64,000 bases of DNA. Origin: a virus (taxonomy: Duplodnaviria > Caudoviricetes). The notes beneath the pieces were generated by a model. It did not search any database, was not told the origin of the DNA, and saw only the letters and a list, made by a program, of their open reading frames with translations. Each line of letters begins with the position of its first letter. The stretch's first letter is position 1. Positions 9,125 to 17,950 of this stretch are shown here, piece after piece. The stretch lies in the IMG/VR virus record IMGVR_UViG_3300009101_000006, positions 3,247 to 67,246 of that record; one strand, given 5' to 3'. A program made the position numbers and the translations under genes.

Positions 9125-9583
9125 ATGATCCTGCCCAGATACTTCACGGCCGTCGCGTCGGTCGACGCTGATCGAGTCGTGTCCTTCCTGGTGCGACGCG
9201 CCCTGCGCCTGTCGCGCCGTCCCATGATCTACGCTCTGTCGGAGCGTGGCCTCGGTCAGGCCGACCTCGTCCTCGCGCTCCTGCGCGTGGGCACGCGTCC
9301 GGCTCTCGATCTCGTCGCGCGCGTGGTCGGTCGGCCTGTGCTGCGCTGTCCCAGTCAGTATCTGCGCTGGCCCGTCAACGGCGTGCCCCGAGTGGTCGTT
9401 CCGCGAATCCGTCTGGTGGTGGACAATCCGCGCCGACCGAACACCGACGCCCACGACCGCTTCGCGGCCGCGTTCCGGGACGGAGCGACGATCGAGGCGT
9501 GCAGGGCGCGCGGCGCCACTCGCCGAGACGTACGACGCGCTCTGCGCGAGGGCTGGATAGTCGTCGAGGGGAGAGCGGCGTGA
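9125..9583 (+). CDS. Hypothetical protein with C-terminal NPRR-type small domain (paralogue 1 of 4)
   Basis: GGAGAG RBS before ATG 9125; C-terminus RIRLVVDNPRRPNTDAHDRF...GATIEACRARGA. Confidence 0.75.
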   Translation: MILPRYFTAVASVDADRVVSFLVRRALRLSRRPMIYALSERGLGQADLVLALLRVGTRPALDLVARVVGRPVLRCPSQYLRWPVNGVPRVVVPRIRLVVDNPRRPNTDAHDRFAAAFRDGATIEACRARGATRRDVRRALREGWIVVEGRAA

Positions 9584-9804
9584 GAAAGATGCTCGCCCTG
9601 CTCCCCGTCGTCGCGCTCGCCGGATGCGTGGAACACGGGGAGTGTCTGTCGTCACACACGGAGTTGCAGACGGTCACGATCCCTGTCTACACGCTCGCGT
9701 CGTGCGGCAGCGGGTGTTCGGTGATGGTCAACGCGGGAATGATCCCCGTCACCAGAGCCGTCAACGTCTGTGATCGCTGGGAATTTCCCGAGGGGAGGAA
9801 GTGA
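9580..9804 (+). CDS. Small Cys-rich lipoprotein
   Basis: MRKMLALLPVVALAG|C lipobox; GTGA overlap with previous stop. Confidence 0.7.
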   Translation: MRKMLALLPVVALAGCVEHGECLSSHTELQTVTIPVYTLASCGSGCSVMVNAGMIPVTRAVNVCDRWEFPEGRK

Positions 9805-10064
9805 TGCCGGAGCTGTCGCTCAGGAGAAACGGAGCCGTGTTCAGCGGCTCCGTGGTCGTCGGGTACGTCGAGACGTGTCCGAGGTCCAGTTCTCACGCCT
9901 TCATGTGGCGTCTCGCCATGAGAAGCGAGGCGCTTCGCGGACTTCCGTCCGGGCACTGCGACTCGCCGCACGACGGACTGGAGCGAGTCGTGGCCGCGTT
10001 CCGCGGCTGGTGTGCGGCGGCCGGACTCGCCGAGCAGAACATCGTCAGGGGAGAAGTAGAATGA
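9801..10064 (+). CDS. Hypothetical protein
   Basis: Coupled ORF, 87 aa. Confidence 0.6.
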   Translation: MMPELSLRRNGAVFSGSVVVGYVETCPRSSSHAFMWRLAMRSEALRGLPSGHCDSPHDGLERVVAAFRGWCAAAGLAEQNIVRGEVE

Positions 10065-10180
10065 GAGTGTTGATCGTAGCCGGAATGGCTCTGGTGTGCG
10101 TGGCCATGTTCGCCGACGGACTCGTCGTCGCTCCGACGGTGCTCGGGATTGTCGCCCTCGTCGCACTGGCGCTGCCGTGA
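10061..10180 (+). CDS. Small membrane peptide (39 aa)
   Basis: MRVLIVAGMALVCVAMFADGLVVAPTVLGIVALVALALP; GGAG RBS; overlaps previous stop. Confidence 0.55.
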   Translation: MRVLIVAGMALVCVAMFADGLVVAPTVLGIVALVALALP

Positions 10181-10360
10181 GCATTCTCCCGAACGCGCAC
10201 GGCAGAAACTACGCGATCTGCGACACTGACGGATGCGATGAGAACGTCATCGATCTGTCGCTTCGCGTGGACAACGCGACTCGCGTTGTCTGCACGTTCT
10301 TCGGGTGGCGCGTGCTGCCCGGCAATCGGCACGAGTGCCGCAACTGTAGGGAGAAGAGAA

Positions 10361-10588
10361 ATGGTGAAGGTGTTCGAGAGAAATTTGATTATCGCGGTGG
10401 TCGGCGTGATCCTGATTCTGACGGGAACGGCGATGGCCACGATGTCGGCGCGAGCCCCGCTGCTCCAGATCACCCGAAGCGTCCCGGCGGACGCGGAGCT
10501 CCAGTATCGCGTCGGTGGACGCGTCGTCCAGTCCCTCGATCTTAGGCCGGGCACCTACCGGATCACCGTCGAGGAGATCACGAGATGA
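10361..10588 (+). CDS. Small membrane-anchored or secreted protein
   Basis: RNLIIAVVGVILILTGTAMA hydrophobic segment; RBS present. Confidence 0.6.
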   Translation: MVKVFERNLIIAVVGVILILTGTAMATMSARAPLLQITRSVPADAELQYRVGGRVVQSLDLRPGTYRITVEEITR

Positions 10589-10776
10589 GCATCTTCTTCT
10601 GGGTCGTCGTCGCGATCGTCGCGGCGTGGGTCAACTTGATCGTCGTGCTGGTCGTCGTCGATCGGAGAAGGACTGCGATGAAGTCGCGCGAGACAATTGC
10701 TGGTAAGCTGGCGCGCGAGATCAACGACGAAATTCGCGCGCGATATGGGGAGGGGGATCTTGACGATCTCAGCTAG
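10585..10776 (+). CDS. Small single-TM protein
   Basis: MSIFFWVVVAIVAAWVNLIVVLVVV. Confidence 0.6.
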   Translation: MSIFFWVVVAIVAAWVNLIVVLVVVDRRRTAMKSRETIAGKLAREINDEIRARYGEGDLDDLS

Positions 10777-10963
10777 GAAGAAGACCAGACCGAAGAAGCG
10801 TGCACCGCGCGTGCGGGGCACGATGGCGATCCGATGCGGAAAGTGTGGCCGACCCACGCGTGTCACTCGCACGTCGAGCGCGGGCAAACAGATCACGCGC
10901 CGAGAGCGCGTGTGCCCGCGCGGACACGTTATCGTCACTCTTGAAACACCGATGGGGGACTGA
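10745..10963 (+). CDS. Zinc-ribbon protein (NrdR-N/Ogr-like); start uncertain
   Basis: RCGKCGRPTRVTRT...RRERVCPRGHVIVTLE. Confidence 0.6.
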   Translation: MGRGILTISARKKTRPKKRAPRVRGTMAIRCGKCGRPTRVTRTSSAGKQITRRERVCPRGHVIVTLETPMGD

Positions 10964-10965
10964 GA

Positions 10966-11385
10966 ATGGCCAGAAGGGGGACCAGTCGTCACGACGAGAA
11001 GTCGTACTTCGTGGCGATACGCGAGGCGCGCGCGCTGGTGCGCTCCGGCGAGACGTTCGTCCGAGCGGCGGAGCTGGTTAGGCTTTCGCCACTGACCGTG
11101 AAGCGCTACATGAACCGGGACCCGAGCACCGCGGCAGAAATCCAGGCGAGGAGAGTCCAGTCGCGGATCGGGCTGGTCAGAACGAGGAAGGGAGGCCGGG
11201 ACCCCAGCATCCCCGTCCACGCCGATGTTGCCTCGACGCGCGATCAGCTCGTGGCGGCGTTTCGGGCCGGCGACTTGGACGAGCACGCGCGTCTGTCTCG
11301 CAGACTCGCCGAGCTCCTGGATCTTCATCATCCGAGGCGGTCCAGGCCCGAGTGCCAGATCGACGTCGCGGAGGCCGCCGAATGA
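10966..11385 (+). CDS. Hypothetical protein, possible HTH
   Basis: GETFVRAAELVRLSPLTVKRYM helix-turn-helix-like segment. Confidence 0.55.
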   Translation: MARRGTSRHDEKSYFVAIREARALVRSGETFVRAAELVRLSPLTVKRYMNRDPSTAAEIQARRVQSRIGLVRTRKGGRDPSIPVHADVASTRDQLVAAFRAGDLDEHARLSRRLAELLDLHHPRRSRPECQIDVAEAAE

Positions 11386-11439
11386 GACACTGTGGAAGTG
11401 AGCGAAACGATCTTTCCCCAAAAGAAAAGAGCACGAGAC

Positions 11440-11616
11440 ATGTGGGTTCCAGTCATCATCTGCACTCATTGGTTTTTCTGCACCGGGCAACCGATCAAGG
11501 GTGATCCGCTCTCGTCTAGAGAAGAATGCGAGCAGGTTCAGCGCCTCGCAAAATCTCTGTACGCCGACCCGGTATTCGAATCCAAATACGTCGTCCGAAC
11601 ATGCGAGAAGCACTGA
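11440..11616 (+). CDS. Small Cys-containing hypothetical protein
   Basis: MWVPVIICTHWFFC...EECEQ...RTCEKH; TGATG coupling to next gene. Confidence 0.5.
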   Translation: MWVPVIICTHWFFCTGQPIKGDPLSSREECEQVQRLAKSLYADPVFESKYVVRTCEKH

Positions 11617-11945
11617 TGTCTGCCCGTACGACCAGAAGAGGATTTCTCGCTGGGCTGCTGGCCTCGTCCGCGCTGGTGTCCGCCCCGCGCGTCGTGCGAT
11701 CCGTCCCGGTGATCGCGGATCCGCCTCCGGTGCTCTGGGATCTGCCGCCCGCGCACATCAACTGTCGGTGCATCGTTCACGAGGACTTCAAGTGGATAAT
11801 GTACGAGATCAGCCGGATGCAGATCCCCGGAGATATCCTGACCAGAGAGCCCGTTCGCTCCGAGAGCGAGAAGTCGGCGACGCTGCACCGTGACATGAAG
11901 ATCACGATGAGAAGAATAGAAGGCGGGCTGAGATGGGTAGAATAG
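11616..11945 (+). CDS. Hypothetical protein with Tat-like signal (TRRGFL) and PPAHINCRC motif
   Basis: MSARTTRRGFLAGLLASSALVSA; PPAHINCRC resembles the MuF C-terminal motif. Confidence 0.6.
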   Translation: MSARTTRRGFLAGLLASSALVSAPRVVRSVPVIADPPPVLWDLPPAHINCRCIVHEDFKWIMYEISRMQIPGDILTREPVRSESEKSATLHRDMKITMRRIEGGLRWVE

Positions 11946-12391
11946 ACGGAGGACTCCGGTCCATGTTCCGCCAGCATCTGCGCGAACTGCGCTGGACCAC
12001 GATCGAGTGCGGAGCCGCCAGCCCCGGCGTCCCGGACTCGCACTACATCGCGCGCGGCGGCGTCGAGGGCTGGGTCGAGTTCAAGCAGACCGACGCGAAC
12101 AAGATCTCCAGCCTGACCGCGGAGCAGGTCACTTGGCTCGAGACCCACGAGCGTCACGGCGGACGCGCCTGGATCGCGTGTCGTCGCCGTCACGGCGGAG
12201 GCCCCCGCCTCGGCGATTCCGTGGACGAGCTGTGGATGGTGAGCGGGGGGCTGGCGCGGGTGGTGCTGCGCGGCGGGCTGGCGGCGCTGCCGTCGGAGTC
12301 GCGGGGCGAGAGCTGGCGGCGGTGGGCTGGTGGCCGGGAGCCCTGGGACTGGCCTGCGGTGCGCGGCGTGCTGACTGCCGGACGCCCCTGA
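11933..12391 (+). CDS. PD-(D/E)XK nuclease, VRR-NUC/Holliday-junction-resolvase-like
   Basis: IE...PGVPD...WVEFK...QVTWL catalytic pattern. Confidence 0.85.
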   Translation: MGRIDGGLRSMFRQHLRELRWTTIECGAASPGVPDSHYIARGGVEGWVEFKQTDANKISSLTAEQVTWLETHERHGGRAWIACRRRHGGGPRLGDSVDELWMVSGGLARVVLRGGLAALPSESRGESWRRWAGGREPWDWPAVRGVLTAGRP

Positions 12392-12484
12392 GCGCTCCGT
12401 CGGGGAGCCGGAGCGTCCGGCGGGCGGGCTGGTACCGGGCGAGGAGCTGGCGGGCTGGCGGGCGGTGAACGCGGCGGTGCGTGG

Positions 12485-12691
12485 TTACCAGCCCGCGGGA
12501 TCCTGTCCGACGAGCAGCAGGGCGGCCACGCCCGCCAGCGTGATGGCCAGCATGGTGGCGAACAGCGCCGCGTCGGTCAGCGCCCTGCGCACGCCGCGCC
12601 AGGACAGCGCGGGCGTCGTGGTGGTCTCGCGCCAGCAGTCGCACTCGATGCGGTGCTCGTGGCAGATGCACGACTTGGTCGTGTCGGTCAT
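12485..12691 (-). CDS. Small membrane protein
   Basis: C-terminal hydrophobic helix; GGAG RBS. Confidence 0.6.
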   Translation of the reverse strand: MTDTTKSCICHEHRIECDCWRETTTTPALSWRGVRRALTDAALFATMLAITLAGVAALLLVGQDPAGW

Positions 12692-12692
12692 G

Positions 12693-12989
12693 TCAGTCTC
12701 CTCTGTCCTCGATTTGCGAGACCAGGGCCGACAGCTCCGTGAGGAGCTGGTGGATCCTGGACACGTTCTTGCTGGACGTCGACGCGCGGCGCTCGGCCGC
12801 GCGCGTCTTGCTGTAGGACTTCACATCGATCTTGGACTTCGCGCGCGCGGGCAACATGATGATGGGTTCCCTGCGCGAGGCGTGAACGAGCGCGCACTCG
12901 ATGTCGTGACGCAGATCGTTCTCGCCGTACACCTTGTCGCTGACCCGGACCTGGATCACGACGCGGAGCGTTCGCCAGTCGTCGCTCAT
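12693..12989 (-). CDS. Hypothetical protein
   Basis: MSDDWRTLRVVIQV...; coupled to neighbours. Confidence 0.6.
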   Translation of the reverse strand: MSDDWRTLRVVIQVRVSDKVYGENDLRHDIECALVHASRREPIIMLPARAKSKIDVKSYSKTRAAERRASTSSKNVSRIHQLLTELSALVSQIEDRGD

Positions 12990-13591
12990 TCGATTCCCCT
13001 CAGCCTGAGATAGTGCGTCGGACGCACGACGACCTCGTGCCACTCGTCGTTCTGCATGGACCACTTGCCCGCGATCCAGCACGAGTGGTCCTTGTCGCGA
13101 TCGCGGGCGTCGCACTGCTCCTGCGTCATGAAGTTGCAGAGTCCGTCGTCCTGGAAGTAGCCCATGCCCACGCCGTGCACGTTGCAGTCGAGGTCGACCA
13201 GCTCGGGCGCCAGCAGCAGGAAGCCCGCCTCGTCGCCGTGGCGCGTGGTCTCGTCGAGCTCCGCGATGGGACGCCACGGCATCTCGTCGTAGCGCTGGAT
13301 CATCAGGCGGTGTGCCTGCTCGAACTCGTCGGCGACGTACTTCAGATACTCGCTGGATCGCTCGTCGAGAAGCATTCCCGGACGCCGCGACCACGCCCTG
13401 AGAACGCATATGGCGCGAGTCTGCGGCGTGCTGGCCTCGCGGTCAAACTTGACGCGCGGTGGTGCGAGCAGGATATCTGCCTGCTGGATCAACAACTCCA
13501 GTTCGGCGTGCGTGAACGTCGCGGCCACGATGTCGCTGTCGTACTTCAGGAGGAAGTCGGCCATCGCGGTCTTGCAGGGTTCCAGTTTCAC
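12986..13591 (-). CDS. Hypothetical protein (C-terminal WRPI...W...PTHY phage domain)
   Basis: GTG start with GGAGAG RBS; MPWRPI...VRPTHYLRL resembles small DUF551-like phage domains. Confidence 0.6.
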   Translation of the reverse strand: MKLEPCKTAMADFLLKYDSDIVAATFTHAELELLIQQADILLAPPRVKFDREASTPQTRAICVLRAWSRRPGMLLDERSSEYLKYVADEFEQAHRLMIQRYDEMPWRPIAELDETTRHGDEAGFLLLAPELVDLDCNVHGVGMGYFQDDGLCNFMTQEQCDARDRDKDHSCWIAGKWSMQNDEWHEVVVRPTHYLRLRGIE

Positions 13592-13754
13592 GATTTTCTC
13601 TCCTGTTGCTGACGTGGTGGGAGGTTCTTCTCGCACGCTGCCCACGAGCCGCACTCGGTCGGCTCGACGCACTCCGCGCATGGTGCCCAGTTGTCTCCGC
13701 TGTTTTCGGGCTTCCCGTAGCGCCACGGGCGCGGGTGTCCTAGATCGATGATCT

Positions 13755-14006
13755 TCATATCAGTCCCCTCGCCTTCGCAAGCTCGTAGAGACGGACGAAC
13801 TCGTCCAGCTTCTCTTCCGTGCGGTGATTCTCGTCGAGAATTGTCAGTTCGTGACGACGCGCGGCCTCGTCCCAGCCTAGCATCCAGTATCTTGACCAGT
13901 TCTCGAGCGCGAGTCCCCGATACGGGTTCCTCATTTTTGGATCGACTCCGGGCACGAACGCGCGGAGTCCCTCCTGTCTTGTTCGTTCCAGGCTCCGATC
14001 TGTCAC
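13755..14006 (-). CDS. Hypothetical protein
   Basis: EGLRAF...KMRNPY...YWMLGWDEA, an RMF-like NPY...W.LGW pattern common in phage ORFs. Confidence 0.55.
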   Translation of the reverse strand: MTDRSLERTRQEGLRAFVPGVDPKMRNPYRGLALENWSRYWMLGWDEAARRHELTILDENHRTEEKLDEFVRLYELAKARGLI

Positions 14007-15193
14007 AGCCTGTACTCCCTGTCGATCATGCGGTTCAGGTCGCCGGCCCAGTGCCACGGCCGCCACGTGCGCGAGAGCCAGAAGCCGCCGTCGTTCGCCC
14101 ACGGCTCGTCGCCGCTGTCCACGTCCTGGTAGTGGACCCAGGTGCCGCGCCGCAGGTGGCCGCGCTGAGGAGCCCGAGCCTCCGGGGAGCCGGTGCGGCG
14201 CCGCTGCTCGGGGTAGTGCGCCCGCGCGCGTGGTGCCAACCGCACGACGAGATGAGAGCGCGGAGCGGGATGTCCGCGCCTCGTCTGCGCCTGCACGATC
14301 TTGGCGGAAGGCGTCACCTCCTCGCGGTGCACCGCACCGACCTCCATGAGGATGCAGCACGCCCTGATCTGCGCGTACACCAGATCGCTCACGCGCCGGA
14401 ACTCGACCGCGTCGCGGTGGCGCTCCGGGTTCGGTCCGCGCATCAGCTTGCCCGTGCTGCTGATGATGTAGACGTAGTCGTCGGCGACCCAGACGTGGTC
14501 GCGGCCGTAGACGCAGAACAGGACGGGGTCCCGGACCTGAGTGCACGAGACGATCGCGAGCACGCGCACGCCGCTGACGCGGAACTCCCAGCACGCGCGG
14601 GGGAACGGCATTCTGATCTCTCCGCCGGGGTCCTTTCCGGCCATCACGCGAGCCCAGTCGTTCTGCACGACCACCGACTGCGGTCGACCAAACTCGTCGT
14701 CGATCGCCGGAGTGAATCCCGGGTCGTACTTCTCGAGAAGGTGGTAGCTGCTGCCGTTCGGCTTCTCGAGCGTCAGCGGCCCCGACGACCACGCGACGAG
14801 CGACCTGTGAAGCTCGGTGCGCGCCTTTCTCCTGTCGAAGTCCTCCATGCCGGACTGGAGCTGCGCTTGAAGCTCCGGGTGATTCTCCCGGAGAAGGCGC
14901 CTGCCCTCGCGCGCGACGTCGTTGGAGATTCTGTCCTGGAGCACGGGCGCCAGCTTCGAGAACTGCTCCGGCGTGACACCGAGCGTGACGAGCGCCTCGC
15001 GCACCGATCGCAGCGGCAGCACCACGTCGTCGTGTCCGGCCATCCTCACGACGTCCTCGTCGCTGCCGTGCAGCAGCGCGTCCGACAGCGTGCCGCTCAG
15101 TACGCGCGCCTGGAGTCTGTCCCACGACGGCTGATCGCCGAGCGGCGACTTCTTGCCGTCGTATCTTCGGCCGAGGAATTTGTTCTCCGTCAT
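14003..15193 (-). CDS. Hypothetical protein (396 aa)
   Basis: Long ORF with RBS; C-terminal RGHLRRG motif seen in phage proteins. Confidence 0.75.
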   Translation of the reverse strand: MTENKFLGRRYDGKKSPLGDQPSWDRLQARVLSGTLSDALLHGSDEDVVRMAGHDDVVLPLRSVREALVTLGVTPEQFSKLAPVLQDRISNDVAREGRRLLRENHPELQAQLQSGMEDFDRRKARTELHRSLVAWSSGPLTLEKPNGSSYHLLEKYDPGFTPAIDDEFGRPQSVVVQNDWARVMAGKDPGGEIRMPFPRACWEFRVSGVRVLAIVSCTQVRDPVLFCVYGRDHVWVADDYVYIISSTGKLMRGPNPERHRDAVEFRRVSDLVYAQIRACCILMEVGAVHREEVTPSAKIVQAQTRRGHPAPRSHLVVRLAPRARAHYPEQRRRTGSPEARAPQRGHLRRGTWVHYQDVDSGDEPWANDGGFWLSRTWRPWHWAGDLNRMIDREYRL

Positions 15194-15220
15194 TCGTCGC
15201 TCCCGGTCTCGGTTCTTCAG

Positions 15221-15259
15221 AAACGAAAAAGGCGGACCGACATCTCTGCCGGTCCGCCT
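15221..15259 (-). terminator. Rho-independent terminator
   Basis: Minus strand AGGCGGACCG-loop-CGGTCCGCCT followed by TTTTCGTTT, just after the H1-like gene. Confidence 0.8.
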
Positions 15260-15283
15260 CGTGGTTTGAGTGGATCTCGCTGG

Positions 15284-16018
15284 TCAGGCCGCCTTGCCGC
15301 CCTCGAGCTTCACGTCCTTGTCGGCGATCGCGCGCTTCAGGGTCGCTGGCTCGCCGCCCGCCGCCAGCCACGTCTTGACGGTCTTGCCGCTGTGCTTGCG
15401 CAGGAGCTCGCGGCGCTCGTGACGCGGCGTGCCCTCGCGGGCGCCGTTGCCCTCTGCGGTGCGGATCCAGTTGATCTTCGCGGTCTCGTCGATCTTGGTG
15501 CGCTTCGGCGCCTTCTCGGCCTTGGTCGCCTTCTTGGCGGGAGCCGCCTTAGCCGCCTTCTTGGCCGGAGCCTTCTTCGCGGCCTTCTTGGCCGGAGCCT
15601 TCTTCTCGGTGGTCGCCACGGTATCTTCCTTCTCGTTGCTGGCCGGGGCGGTCGCCTCCGGCTTGGATTTGGACTTGGACTTCTTGCTACCAGCCGCCCG
15701 CTTGGCGGTCTTCTCCGACGATTCCTCGCCGTCGTTGCCGTGCTGGGTTCCCTTGTACGCCTCCCCGGAGGCAGTGGCAAGGGCCATTCTCTCGCGGTGC
15801 TCGGTCAGGGCGTCGTGCAGCCGCTGACAGACGACGCGACCGAGATCGACGTCCTCGATCTCGACCAGAACGTCCTCCGGCGGCTCGTAGCCGAGATCGG
15901 ACGCGGTCGCCAGCATCTGGCTGTGAATGTCCTGCAACCCGAGCAGATTGAGACTGTTGAAGTCGGCGGCGACGATCGCCGGAGTGCCGTCGGTCGTGGT
16001 CTGGTTCTTCTTGGCCAT
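15284..16018 (-). CDS. Histone H1-like Lys/Ala-rich protein with C-terminal NPRR-type domain (paralogue 2); in-frame internal start
   Basis: KAPAKKAAKKAPAKKAAKAAPAKK repeats; own RBS (GGAG) before ATG 16018. Confidence 0.8.
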   Translation of the reverse strand: MAKKNQTTTDGTPAIVAADFNSLNLLGLQDIHSQMLATASDLGYEPPEDVLVEIEDVDLGRVVCQRLHDALTEHRERMALATASGEAYKGTQHGNDGEESSEKTAKRAAGSKKSKSKSKPEATAPASNEKEDTVATTEKKAPAKKAAKKAPAKKAAKAAPAKKATKAEKAPKRTKIDETAKINWIRTAEGNGAREGTPRHERRELLRKHSGKTVKTWLAAGGEPATLKRAIADKDVKLEGGKAA

Positions 16019-16477
16019 CTGATTCTTCTCCGTGTGGGTTGACGCTGTGGATACTGCGCGTCCGGTCGGGCTGACCGGCCAGACGTACTCGAGATCGGGC
16101 GGCTCGGTCCAGCCGAACTGCCCGTAGTGCGCGGGCGCCTTGCGCAGCAGATTGCTGCGATGCGACCGGTGGAACGCCTCGTCGCCGAACCACGGCGGCG
16201 GATGATCATTGTCGGCGTGGACGAGCATCCACGGAACCTTGATCGAGTTTGCGTAGCCTCGCCGCGTCCACTCCCGGACGATCTCGTCCATGTACCGAAC
16301 GAGACAGCCCTCGTGACCCTGCCACATGAGAACGGCCGGATGGTGCGCCCAGCCGGAGCCGGGCACGGTGAGCGCCTGAAGGATCTGCCTGCACTCCAGG
16401 CGCTGCTTCCCGAGCCGCTGGCGGTCGAGGCAGCGCGCGGACTGCTTGAAGTTCGCGCAGGGCAGGAACGTCTGCAT
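15284..16477 (-). CDS. Pyrimidine-dimer DNA glycosylase-like (DenV/MSMEG_6728 type) domain reading in frame into the H1-like protein
   Basis: MQTFLP...LDRQRLGKQRLECRQIL...HPAVLMW...HRSNLLRK...YVWPV with no stop codon before MAKKNQ. Confidence 0.8.
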   Translation of the reverse strand: MQTFLPCANFKQSARCLDRQRLGKQRLECRQILQALTVPGSGWAHHPAVLMWQGHEGCLVRYMDEIVREWTRRGYANSIKVPWMLVHADNDHPPPWFGDEAFHRSHRSNLLRKAPAHYGQFGWTEPPDLEYVWPVSPTGRAVSTASTHTEKNQMAKKNQTTTDGTPAIVAADFNSLNLLGLQDIHSQMLATASDLGYEPPEDVLVEIEDVDLGRVVCQRLHDALTEHRERMALATASGEAYKGTQHGNDGEESSEKTAKRAAGSKKSKSKSKPEATAPASNEKEDTVATTEKKAPAKKAAKKAPAKKAAKAAPAKKATKAEKAPKRTKIDETAKINWIRTAEGNGAREGTPRHERRELLRKHSGKTVKTWLAAGGEPATLKRAIADKDVKLEGGKAA

Positions 16478-16884
16478 CAGACAACGCGCCTCCTCTTGCG
16501 ATCCCAGCCCCTGGTCTCGCCGTTGATCAGAAACGCGCACGTCTCCGCGTCTCGCGCGACCTCGCACAGGTCCGAGATGTCGGTCGCCGGCGCGAACCGC
16601 TCCTGCGAGAACGCGGCCTCGGCGCGGAATTTTCGCACCCCGAAGACGTAGTCCACCGCGACGTTGGCGATCTCCACGAGCAGCAGGCACGGCGGTCCCG
16701 CCATCTCGTACGCGGGCGGCGGGTCCACGTAGCCGCGAACGCGATATCGCACGCCAGCCGTCGGACGCGTGATGCTCTGACCGTGCGTCCGCCACCACGC
16801 GCTGTCGAACTCGTCGTCGAAGCAGATGATCTGCTGTCCGACGTAGAACATCTTCTTCTGATTGTATTCCCTCTGTTCTCCCAT
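16477..16884 (-). CDS. Hypothetical protein
   Basis: MFYVGQQIIC...FSQERFAP, a common phage small-protein pattern; coupled genes. Confidence 0.65.
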   Translation of the reverse strand: MGEQREYNQKKMFYVGQQIICFDDEFDSAWWRTHGQSITRPTAGVRYRVRGYVDPPPAYEMAGPPCLLLVEIANVAVDYVFGVRKFRAEAAFSQERFAPATDISDLCEVARDAETCAFLINGETRGWDRKRRRVV

Positions 16885-17114
16885 CACTTTCTCCTCGAAT
16901 TCGCCGCGATCACGTCCGCGACGTCGTGCTCGACGACCTGGACGAGCACCAGCTTGCGCAGTTGGAGATCGTGGTTCCGGCGGAGATGATCCTCCGCCTG
17001 TTTCATGTCGCGGAGACACATGCGCTGCGCCTCCTGCAGATCATACGCCTCGATCTCGTAGTGCCACACGCCGCGCTTGCCGCAGCGGGTGACGTAGTCC
17101 ACCCGATATTTCAT
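16884..17114 (-). CDS. Hypothetical protein
   Basis: MKYRVDYVTRCG...; stop/start overlaps on both sides. Confidence 0.6.
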   Translation of the reverse strand: MKYRVDYVTRCGKRGVWHYEIEAYDLQEAQRMCLRDMKQAEDHLRRNHDLQLRKLVLVQVVEHDVADVIAANSRRK

Positions 17115-17935
17115 TGCTTCAGCTCCACCAGCCCGCGCGCCACGCACTTGCCCAGTCGCAGCGGATCTGCCCCGGCCGCCAGCGCCTCGGCGACCGTCTG
17201 CCCGGCCGCGGCGGCGTCCAGGATGATCTTGTAACCCGCGTGGCGCTTGCTGCCCGGCTTGCCGGGGTTCTCCGGACTGCCGACGAGGCTGAGCCGCGCT
17301 CCGGGGCTGCTCAGCGCGGCCTTCTTGCCGCCCCGCACCGTCGGTGCGCCCCTGGCCGGGCTGCTCTCTGCGGCTCCGCCCGCCGCGCTGGCGGCCTCGA
17401 CCCGCGCCCTGTACTCGAGAAACCGCACCGTGCTCGGGTCCGACAGATCGCGGGCGTCCGGCCCCGGCCTCGTCGCCGGGTCGCGCCCCCCGCCCCGCGC
17501 GGCGGCGTGGCCGCGCATTCGCGCCTCGGTCGGCGCGGCGTACGGGTAGCTGCTGCGCACGGCGCGGCGTTCGTCCTCGGACAGCAGCAGGAACGGGGGG
17601 ATTTCCAAGGCGTGGTTGGTGATGTAGTCCAGCATCGCCTTGTTGTCCGAGATCTCGCCGGAGGCCACGCGCTTCTTGGCGTCCTCCAGGTCGCGGGTGA
17701 TGCCCACGACGCGGGCGTTGCGATAGCAGTAGAAGCTGTAGGAGCCGTCGGAGTTGAGGCTGCTTCGCTTGATGCTGGCCGTGCACTTGTCGCCGTCCGG
17801 GACGGTGGTGGTCTTCCAGATGCCGTTGCGCACCACCTCCTCCCACTCCAGGGATGGTGGAGCGGGCTGTTTCTTCATGCGCGACAGCGGCGCTTCCGCC
17901 GGTTTCTTCTTCGTCTTCGGCTTCTCGGCCATCAT
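17111..17935 (-). CDS. Hypothetical protein with C-terminal NPRR-type domain (paralogue 3)
   Basis: Strong AAGGAGG RBS; C-terminus LVGSPENPGKPGSKRH...GQTVAEALAAGAD. Confidence 0.75.
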   Translation of the reverse strand: MMAEKPKTKKKPAEAPLSRMKKQPAPPSLEWEEVVRNGIWKTTTVPDGDKCTASIKRSSLNSDGSYSFYCYRNARVVGITRDLEDAKKRVASGEISDNKAMLDYITNHALEIPPFLLLSEDERRAVRSSYPYAAPTEARMRGHAAARGGGRDPATRPGPDARDLSDPSTVRFLEYRARVEAASAAGGAAESSPARGAPTVRGGKKAALSSPGARLSLVGSPENPGKPGSKRHAGYKIILDAAAAGQTVAEALAAGADPLRLGKCVARGLVELKQ

Positions 17936-17950
17936 TCGACCTCCTTTGGC

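Noticed and set aside
15530-15610. Tandem GGCCTTCTTGGCCGGAGCC-like DNA repeats
   Set aside because: Explained by the PAKK/AAKK protein repeats of the H1-like protein.
13748-16042. Long opposite-strand or alternative-frame ORFs (e.g. 13748-16042 +, 3893-5791 +, 17114-18589 +, 38357-40423 -)
   Set aside because: Shadow ORFs expected at high GC; they overlap well-supported genes, lack RBS and motifs, and are Arg/Ala/Pro-rich.
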